Source: Phocaeicola dorei (lineage in GTDB: Bacteria; Bacillota_I; Bacilli_A; RFN20; CAG-826). From it: a DNA stretch of 64,000 nt. Under the pieces are notes generated by a model. The model worked only from the letters and a program-made list of their open reading frames with translations, ran no database searches and was not told where the DNA came from. How positions within the stretch are numbered: position 1 is the first letter of the stretch; each line of letters opens with the position of its first letter. This document shows positions 34,237 through 45,059 of this stretch, one piece after another. Where the stretch lies: assembly GCA_963632375.1 (NCBI GenBank), contig CAVGUB010000111.1:15913-79912 (forward strand), read 5' to 3'. The position numbers and the translations under genes were made by a program.

Positions 34237-37200
34237 TTAACAGTACATTATTATATTCGAAGTATCGTCTTCGTCGTCTAAAATATCAAGTGCATCTTGT
34301 ATTTTAATTTTAGTATCTCCTTCTATACCAATATCTTCAAGCATTTCATACATATCATCAACAAAGTTTTCTTTATTGTTCATAAAGTTTTGAATTGCTT
34401 CCAACTTTTTACTTTGACTAAGAAATCCATTTTGAATCAAAATATCAAATTGCGCTAATGCTTCTGGCGAAATTAATCCTAAATTATCTAAATATACATA
34501 ATCATATTCAATTGAATTGTTTGTAAGATGTACAGTTATAGTTTCTCCTGATTTATCTATCTTAACGTCTTTAGCATCTTCAAACTTCTCATTTATTGCT
34601 TTATCAATTTTTGATTCTAATGTTTCTTCAGTTGTAGTAGTTGGTGTTGTAGTAGTTGGTGTTGTAGATAATTCTTCTGTTTTTATTTGATAATCTTCAG
34701 ATATATCATCTTTTGTTATAGTATATTTAACGCCATCCGCTTTAGATAACAACTCACTAGCCATATCTAATATTTCAACCTCCGACATATCCGTACATTT
34801 TTCAAAAACTTCTTTAGTTAAAATATTAGATTTGTTATCTCCAAAGAGTAAGAACAAATTTAATAATTTATCTCGAATTTCTAAAGGATTTACTGATAAA
34901 GTTGTACTAGGTTTTACTTCTGATGATGTTGATTTCTTAAATATTTCCTCAATATCGCTATCTTCTATTTTTTGAACAGGGTGTGTTGACATATCCATTT
35001 TATAAACAGGAGGCAACATTTCATCAATATTACTAAATCGAGTATTGATCAGGGAATTACTTATACGTAAATCCGCTCATCTTGTTTTTGAACGATCTGT
35101 AACAGTAGCTTTAGCATCGTTTAATTTTAAACCAGTTTTAAAATAAGTTTCTCTGAAACAATCCTCAAATATATCAAAATCTAATATTGGCATCTTCTTA
35201 AAGAAGTGGAATATTAAGTCCCAATCCATCATAGGATAAATGTTGCGTCTATGTTCTTTTGGATTAGAAACTTCATTTTTGAGTTCAAATAATATTTGAT
35301 GAGAACGTATGTTATTATCATTATATTCAAGAGCAAAATTTTTATTTTTTCCTGTTTTATTAATTCCTTCAACAACAGCTTGTAATTTAGAATATAAAGT
35401 TTTTCCACCAGATTTTACACCTACGGCAGGTATATGAGCTATGCTAGCATCTTTTTTATTCTTCGTAAAACGTCAGCTACCTGTATGAGAGTTATCATCG
35501 TTGAGGATTTCTTCATATACGTTATATACGTTATTTTTACTATCATATCTGACAGCATAGCTACGATATTGTTTACCTTTGTTAAAAGTAACAACTAGAC
35601 AAGGGTAATTAATATTTCCGCTCCCGCTTTTAGATGGTATTTCCCTTTGGATTAATTCAAATACATTGTCTTCAAATTGTGTGCACAAATCCATATAATT
35701 TGGGTTCTTTGGATTTTGTGTTGCAACTAAAACTGAATTAAATAGATGCTTAGCAGCAGCAGGAACAAGTAAACGATACTTTGTACGTAAATTATAAATG
35801 TTTTCTGCATTAACTTTTGATTGTTCTAATGCACTACCTCCATTTAATAAATCATATTCAAAATCACCTAAAATACCTTTAACATAATTAATGGCATTTA
35901 CTTTACTTTTTCCTGAGAAAAGAGCTTGTTGTGTCGAGTTAAGTATTCCGTAATTTAATCCTGAAATATATTTTACAACCCATGCTGTATTTATTGCATC
36001 AAATATAGAAATTACTCTATGATTATCGATTAATTGTATAGGTGCGCGAACAACGTCTCCTTCAGTTCCATCAGCTCTATTGTTTAATTTACCCATTACA
36101 ATTGCACTATTAGTTCAATTCTCATCCTCGGGATTTTCTTGAATGTCTGTATTAGTATATCAAGCTGTTTTAGTATTGGCTGTTTGTTTATTACTTCATA
36201 TTTGGTCAAAGTCTTCGTCAGTAAGAATATCAATAGCGCTTCATGCGGTGAATGTTTTACCACTATTTTCCTCTTTTCAATCACGACACTTTGATTTATA
36301 ATATGATCCATTCTTGTTATTATCCCCAAAATCATCTTCATCATTTGGAGTAAAAACTTTTGACTGACTGTAAAGAGAACCATACCGCATTTTATTTATA
36401 CTCTTGTCTAAACTCCCGGTAGTTGTTACCATTTCACTTGGTGTAGCAATATTGAATAAAACTTCACCTTGTGGCACAGTTATAACACCCCTAAACTTCT
36501 TATTTAATGTACCAATTGGTATTAAATAATTTTTATCATGTACCGTTAATGGAAGATATAAGATCGAACGATCCAAATTTGTAATAGCTTTGACGTATAA
36601 TTTATAGTCACTACTACATGTTATATTTCATGCATCACAAAAAGCTTTTGCAAATGATGTAGATACATTTGAATATGAGGCTAATTTTTCAACGTGTCTT
36701 TGCTGCAAACCCATTCCTATAGATACACCTGATGAAAATAGTCTAATAAAAGTTTTAAATCTTTTGTGACCATCCTCACCTTGAAATTCTTCAAGATTTA
36801 ATAGACTATATTTATTTTTCTCTTCTTGAATTCAAAACTGTGATTTATCGGAATCTAGTTCATCAATAAATGCTTTACGATCATAATATATATTATTTCC
36901 TTTATTAATAGACATTTTTGATGATTTATTTACACGATCTCTAGAAACTTTGCCATCTGTTTCAACAGAAGTTGACACTTTACTTACACCAGAGCCAATT
37001 TTTTCAGATGCAGATTTGCCAGTAGAAGTATATGCAGTTACACCATCTGCTTCATCATCTTTCGATGTCGTTTCTGTTGCAAAAAACGAGTTTGATAAAC
37101 TATCACTTGGTGTAGACCCAGGCTTAATTATGACATCATTGGGTGCAACCTTTTTACCTTTAGCTTTACTTTTAGGTTTAGATCCTGATCCTGATCCTGG

Positions 37201-40200
37201 TTCAGTCTCTGGTTCAGTCTCTGGTTCACGCAACAATCATTCATTAACGAAATCATACCATTTTTGTAATTCAGTGGCATTTCCAGTTATTGCAGTAGGT
37301 GCCGAAGCAATAGATGCATCTTGTGCTACATTATTGATATTTAATGGGTTTAACTCGCCGGAATCATCAACAATAACAACACCTTGTTTAGCACGACTCA
37401 ACATAGTATTGAAGTCCAATACCATATTGTACATGATATCAGAATCAAAGTGTTTGTCGACAATAACATAATCAAATTCCCCACCTTGTACAGCATCCGC
37501 ATTTATTAATTCAATATTACTATGTGTACTTACTATACTTTTGTATTTTGATTCGTCATCTGTGATAATTGCAATAGTTTTATCTGAACCAAAATTAGCA
37601 AAATCATTAACATAATGATTTACGATATCACTTTTAATGACTTTACAACCTACAAAGTTTTCACCCGGTTTTTCATAATATACTAAATTAAGAGATATAT
37701 CTTTAACGTCTTCAGATACAAAACTTAAAAGATAGTCCTTACGACTTTTATGCTTTTCGACAAATCGATTTGTTAAAACATCAGAAGCAATAGCATTTTG
37801 CTGTACAGCAGAATTTTCACTTCTAATTATTGCAGTTAGTTCTGGGAAGATTGTCATTATACAATCATCTGTTGATGAATAACTACCTTCAACTATTTTT
37901 CCATTTTGTTTATAATCACCTGTCATTAAAACAGTTATACCTCTAGCTTTTGCTCATTTTGATAAAATTTGTAATTCGGCACCAGATATAAATGTGCCTT
38001 CATCAATTACTAAATACTTAGGATTTAAACCGGTATATAAATCTGCATCAGTTCCAATAACATTGATATCATCATTATCATAAACATGCAACGCTTTTCC
38101 TTTAAATTTTTCTGGTCTTTTTGGACAAATTTTATCAAGTAGTTCAGAAATTGTGATAGCATGTTTGTCGTCAACACCTGTTACATTTTGTAGATTTTTA
38201 ATTTGTTTTTCATGTGGAGCAGCAACAACAAATTCAGATTTATCATTATTTGCTTTTAACAATTCAACAACAAACCTATCAATTATTTGAGTTTTTCCTG
38301 TTCCAGCAGAACCTGGTAAGAAACAGATATTTTCAATTAAAGCAAGATCTTGTAATATGGAAACCTTATCAAGCCCAGATGTTTCTTTTATATATTTGTC
38401 AACTTTTACATCATGTAATTGTTTTGTTATTTTATTAAAAATTTCTGGATTTTGTAAGAATGAAGATACTAATACATTTGATATTTGTTGCCCCCATAGT
38501 GGAGATAATATATGATCCGGATTTGCTTTATTATAAGTTTTGTATATACCATCAAGTTTCTTAAATTGATCTTGGAAATCAACAGTACACATACTAGCTA
38601 AAAATAACGCATTGGCATAAGGTGTATTTTTGCTTTCCTTGTTATCAGTGTAAGAACCGGACAAATTCAAAAATGAATCATTAGGTAATCATTCAACAAT
38701 AGTGTTTACAATAGAATCAATTGAAATTTTCTTGCTAGTAACCTCATCATATAAAGCATGCGCAAAATCCATAAATGCTGTAGTATACGTAGTTATATTA
38801 CTTCATGCGTCTAATTCTCCGCCATGTGCTTTATTCTTTCATATATCCTCTAGATCAAGTCCTATCGATTTTAATTTATCTGATAATGTTAAACCTTCTG
38901 TATTTTTATCAGTAATAAAACCTTCTATAATAGATTTTTTATTAACTATTTCTGAGTTTTTATGATATGTGATTTTTTGACCCTTGTTCTTATCAGATAT
39001 AGCAATTAAGCAATTAGCTTTATCTGTTAGATAAACTAATTCAGATTTAAGAAAATTTTTAGTTACATCAGTTATTTCACTTGTTAATGCGTCTTTCTTA
39101 GCTTTTTTCCTATATATATTTAATACTTCTGTATAGCCATTATTAAATGGACTTAACAATGTATTTAACATTGCACAAACTTTAGGAACATTTCTTAAAG
39201 CTGCATCATAACTAGGATTATTAATTATGTATTTTTCTATATCACCTAGACTATTTAAAGTATTTTCTTCCTGTGATAATAGATCAATGACTTTTATAGT
39301 TGATTCCCCAACATTTAATTCAAAATTTCTTAATAAATCAACAATACTTAAAGTTGGAATACTTTCTTTAAGTTTTGCCACTTCGTTTACGAGCGTTGTG
39401 ATATTAGAAAAACGCGATGCGTTAAAAATTACTTTATCAATTAAGTTTGGCAATAATTTATCGCCTTCTTCTTTTAATTTATTTAACTCCGAAACATCAA
39501 TTCTTCCATTTGCTAAATTAGTTAGAAGATTTAACAGCTTTAATTTAAATTCATTTAAAACGGTTTCATCTCCTGTAAAACTTCTTGTTGCTTTAGCAAA
39601 AGCGGAATTAAACATAAGCGCATTCGACAATGGACTACAGGCAGTTGCAATTACTCGTTTAAAGAAAATATCATTATCAGAAACAATTTTTTTATCACGT
39701 AACTTAGTATAAAAATCAATTAATATGTCGTGTATTGCTTTATTTGTAGTTTTTATTTTTTCACGCAATACATCTTGAAGTTCATCATAAGTTATTTTTG
39801 AATCCAATTTATATTTATCGATATATTCTCATAAATCAATACCTTCAGTTCCATCTATTCCAATTAATGTATCGAAATCGTTAGATAAATCCTGAAGATT
39901 TAAAAGTGCATTAGAAATAGGTGTGGCTAATTCCGTTTTACCCAATTCAGTTAAAGATTCTGAAACCAAACTATATTTTTTATATATATTATTATACCTA
40001 TTAATGGCCTGTTGTAGATTGTTTTGTTTTTCTGACAAATCCCTTATTTGATTTTGAAAAGCGGTAAATTCTGTATTTAGTTTCAATTTAGCATCAACTT
40101 CAGATTTAAGATCTGCAAAAGTTTCAACTTCTGGTGTAATTTCACCCGCATTAAGCATATCTTCTAATTCTTTAAAGTTTTTGCCTTTTATTGAATCATA

Positions 40201-43182
40201 TTTTCCAGAATCGATTAGTTCGTCATAAGTTGCTTGTATCAATGCATTTGATTGATCTAAAACACTTTTTAATTCAGTATTAACAGTTAATAATTCAGCG
40301 GAATTTTTTTCATATTGAGAAAAATCCTTAGAACCGACATGTAGTTCATCATGTAAATAGTAACTATTTTCATTTAAACCTTTAGACTTTTCATTCATCT
40401 CCTTAATTCGTGGAGACATTCTTTCCAAATAATAATAATATAAATCTGATTCGAATTTTAAACGATCAACATCAGCTAATTTAAGATTGCTAAATTCAGA
40501 TTTCATTCTAGACTTTTCAGCATCAGACAACTCATTGAAGTTTTTATCATACATTGTTTCGGTATAATGTTCTACTGAAGTTTGCCAATATGATTTTTCT
40601 TCTTTATCATCAAGAACAGATTTTTCAAAATTAGCTTGTAAATCCTTAGAAGTCATATAAAGAACTTGACTTGCATATCTATCATCATTACGATGGAAAA
40701 GCAAATCATTTCTTTGTTTTTCAAGTTCTTTAATACGTTGTGTATAATATTCTACATTCTTTTGTTTCTTCAGATTTTCAGATTCTGTTTTCTTTTCATC
40801 CTCTGTTGAAACACCAGGTTTAGATGCAGTTAATTTATCGAGTTTAGATTTATTATCAAGATAATCCTTTCCTAGTTTAGTTATATCACTTAAATATGAT
40901 GTATGAAATTGGTATGTTTTAATTGTTTCAAGTAAAGCATTAGTCTTATTATTCATTAAATATTCATCAGCAGAAATACCTAAATCTTCCATTTCTGCTT
41001 GTTGTTTATCTAATTCATCTTTAAACTTCTCATCAAATTGAAGCATACCCAAGCCTGCCATTAATTTTGATGAAGGGTCTAATAGACTTTGTCCATACAT
41101 TATATTTAAACCAAAATCATTCAATGTATTGCTCATATATTGTATTCCATTTTTGAGCATACTATACATAGCTAAATTTTGATTATTGTCAGATGTACCT
41201 TTTGCGTAAAGTGTTTCTTCTTTACCTTCTTTGTTTTTCCTTTTTCTTGTTTCAGTTGCAGATAAGTTAGCATCTCCTAAAACACCTTTTTTATATAATA
41301 CATCCAAACGATCCAATAATTCATTAGTTCGCCCAGTTGCAATCATATACATAACTTGTTCATTAGAACTCAAATCCGTCATTTGTACGACATGTGGGCC
41401 GAATAAACGTTCATATTGATTTAAGCCTTCAAACACAGCACCACCCAAGAAACCTCCTATAAAGTTTTGTCCATAACGTGTTAATATACTATTAAAATCA
41501 AAGCCAAAATCAAGTTTCTCGGTATTCTTGTCTTTAACATCAATACCCAAAGCATTAGCACCTGCAAATAATGATTTAACTGCATCAGTCGATACTTCCT
41601 CCATCATTTCCTCAACACCCTCATTAAATGCACGGTTAATCATTTTAGATCCTATACCTCATGCTTTAGTAGCAGAATTTGAAGATGTCAAACTTTGCAC
41701 TTTACCAGATATAGGTTTAGATAAGAAACGTTGTCATGCTTTTGTAATACCGTTTGAAATAGCGTTATAATGTTTTACTGCTTGTTTTGGAGTTAATACA
41801 CCTTCTTCAACCAAATTTTTCAATGCCGGTTCTCCATCAGTTTTTACTCAGTTTTTGATAACTTCTACAGCCTCTGATTCATCAAGAACTCCACCTTTAA
41901 ATAGTTGATCTCTAAAATAGTCTTGATTCATCAAACCATATAAAGCACCTATTGATGCAAGCATACCAATACCTGCCGCAGCATCTGATGCTCCAGCAGC
42001 TTTAAAATCAGAATATGTTTGTTCGGATGATGTAATAGCCATGAAACCTAATGAAAGATTTCTACCTAAGTTAGATGCTTTTTGAACATCATTCATTTTA
42101 GCCAAACTATATGTAATTTGACCTAAGGTTTTTTGGGAATACAATTGTGATGCAGATGACGATAAAATATCTGCTATACTTTCAAATGATAGAAAACCAC
42201 CAGCTCTTGCTTCGTCAGATTGAGAACCCATAAATTTCTGAAAGAAATTCTCACCTTTAGTAAGACCTTGGCCTATAGCTCCAGAATTATCCCCAAATAT
42301 ACCATTGATTGCTTTCCCTAATGTAGGGGCAACACTTGCTAAACCGTAAACAACACCAATCGCACCCATTACAGTATTAACGCCTGGAATTAGATAAGGT
42401 GCTAATTCTACAGCAGTTTTCATTAATGTTCCACCAATACTTTTGGTAAGACCATCTGAATCAAAGAAATCAAATTTATTTAATGTAGTACCGTCAACGG
42501 TTAATGTATCGGTATAATGCAATACATCTCTACCATAAGATTCTCTATTACCAAGAATCTCATAATAAGCATCCCCATTTTCATCAAATTTATAATCACC
42601 TTTCTTATGGGTTATAGTAGTACCGTTTATGACTTCTGTAGTATCCTCGTCATACACTGCTAAAGCCAAAGTAGGATCCGCAAGAGATTTAAAAATACCA
42701 CTATGTTGGTTCGGTGTTCAATCTAATACATTACCTTTTTCATCGCGTACATAATTATCCTGTGCAATTTCACGGAGACTAAAAACAGGATCAGACATTT
42801 TCCCTATTCCCTCAATACCTACAGCACGTCTATCAGGTGTATATGGTGTTGTTACAATCGTTGCACTAAGATCCTTAATTTCAGTTTTTAAAGGCTGTGT
42901 GTAGTCAAAAGGATCTTTAGCCATTTCATTAATCACCTTATTTGTCCAATCAGTTGAAGAAAATTCATTATACATACTTAATGCACTATCGTAAAAAGTA
43001 TTAAATGTTTCCTCATCAAACTTTCCATCTTTTTGGAAAGTTTCTTGTACTGTTTTGTTGTTTTTATAATAATCAATTGATTTTAAATCCGTATTTTCAG
43101 GTGTTATTCCATGCTCAAACACTTCATCAACTGACGAAGGTTGATTATACATCAATGTAGCTATTCAATCATTATTTGCCAT
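34237..43182 (-). CDS. giant multidomain virion-module protein (2981 aa) with an internal SF1 helicase core; about 20 in-frame TGA
   Basis: 10 track ORFs (34237..35019 up to 42718..43155) share one frame, and all gaps were read with only TGA. ATG 43182 is preceded by an in-frame TAA at 43195. SF1 motifs: GSAGTGKT, VVAAPHEKQ, LVIDEGTF, LMTGDYKQ, VQGGEFDYVIV, LSRAKQGVVIV. Confidence 0.8.
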
Positions 43183-43190
43183 ATTCTCGT

Positions 43191-45059
43191 TTAATTATTA
43201 GGGAAATTTGTATGCTCCCAATTACTATTTCTTGCACGTTCTTGTACTATTTGTGATACTTCCATATCTTTAACAGGATCCTTAAATTCATCTTTTGGTC
43301 TAATAGAAGGTCTTGTTAAATTAAATCCTTGAATAGGATCAACTATTGGTACATAAATATTGCCATGATAAAAACTTCCTGCACCAGCATCACCAAAATC
43401 ATTCAACTTTATAGAACTCTTTGTAACTGTATCTTTACCATATTGTACATAATTGTTATACATACTTTGTATATCTCTACCTTCTGGGCGACTAAGATGT
43501 TTTAAGAATGGTTCTGATGAAGGATCAATGTCTAATAACTTATCACTAGCATAACAAGCGAATGTTAAGAAAAGACCTATATTATTACATTTAAATGTTT
43601 TTGTTTCTTCATCAAAACTAACATTTGGATTTTGTAATTCTCTAAACTTGGTCATTATTTCCATCTTAGTTAAACCAGGATTTTCTGAAATTCAACGATT
43701 TATTTCATTTACTTGTTGTAACGTAGTGAAATCTGGAACTTGCTCACCACCTTCATTTCTTACAGGCAATGCAACACGTTTAATTAAACTAGAACCATCT
43801 CATATAAGTTTTTTAGTATCGCCGGCTTTAAGTTTCTGATTACCAAATATAACAGTTGATGTGTCTGCGGCTTTGAACTGAGTTATATATGGCATCATTT
43901 CATCCAAGTTATTATTGTGTACAGGCTTATAATCATCAGTAACAGGTGTTCCAGCATTTCAAGCTTGGAATGCCATCCAGCCTTTATCTGCAGCTCTTTC
44001 TGGATTCAAGGAAATTACTGCCTGAGATTGTGTTAAGTCACCTTTTGCAACTTTAATTGCCAAAGTATCTTTATCATATTGTTCCGTAGTAGATCCTGTT
44101 TTCCCACTAGAACGTCTACCTTGTTCATCAAGTTCGGATTCAAAATCTACAGAAATAGTTCTACCTGTATTTGAAATTAGCATATTGAGTAACAAAGCAT
44201 CTTCTGTATAACCTTCCACTGCAGCAGTTGCTTTTATTTTATTTCTATATGTATTAGGTAAAGAAATTTTTAAATAATTTAAAGCCTGTTCAATGTGAGT
44301 ATCGGCAATTGTAGATTTCTCAGATATTTTATACACACCATCTGTTCCTGCAACAATTGCACCTTGTAAAGTATTTCCTCCAGATAAACCTGCATTTACA
44401 ATATTTTGTATTCCAGATTTAATATCAGATCCAGCTTTAGTAGAGTATCCTGTAATTTCAGTATTAGCAAATTTTCCAATTAAATCCTTTGCGTAATCTG
44501 TAATTGTTTTCATTCCAACAGCTGCAGATAAATTATCTAAAATGTTATTATTAAATGCCATAGAACCGCTATTTCTTCTAAAATTAATCAAGTCTTCATT
44601 TGTTAAAACTTGATAATTTTCAGCGTTCTTTTTTAATTCATTAGGCGATACAGTTTTTAATTTTTTCTCAGATATATCATATGTATATATTTGTCCTCTA
44701 TCATCAATTGCAACATCTCCTCAAGCATCTTGAGCATCAAGTGATTCTCTAGATTTTTTATAATCCTCGTAATTAGTTTTTACCAATGAAGCTTTTCTTG
44801 CAAGAGAAAGAATACTTTTCATAGATAAATTATCACCTGAAGGATCACCTGACATAGCAAGTGTATGTTCTACACTTTTAAGAAATGTATTTACATCTGA
44901 GTCTATTCCATTTTCTGTAACTAAATCTATAATTTTCTTTGTAAATTCATTTGTTTTAGAAGTAGAAGAAGAGGCTGTTGTAGTAGCCTCTTCTTGTTTA
45001 CTTCTATTTGTTGTTGGAAGATAAGTAATACCTCCTCCTGCAAATTTTCTAATTATCAT
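43191..45059 (-). CDS. virion-module protein (622 aa), unknown function; 4 in-frame TGA
   Basis: Track ORFs 43191..43664, 43959..44591 and 44721..45059 share a frame, joined by TGA only. ATG 45059 abuts the upstream TAA (45060). Confidence 0.75.

Noticed and set aside
36950-37471. 173-aa plus-strand ORF in the track.
   Set aside because: It lies entirely antisense to the 2981-codon gene. It is the mirror image of the PETE/GS linker and a low-complexity region, with no start context. The minus-strand frame carries the SF1 helicase motifs.
39227-39712. 161-aa plus-strand ORF in the track.
   Set aside because: It is antisense to a coiled-coil-like part of the giant gene and has the S/L/F/N-rich composition typical of shadow ORFs in AT-rich coding DNA. 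The same reasoning applies to 26696..26962, 26963..27169, 27497..27724, 38702..38965, 41528..41770, 47808..48059, 52974..53210 and similar plus-strand ORFs between 19.4 and 64 kb.
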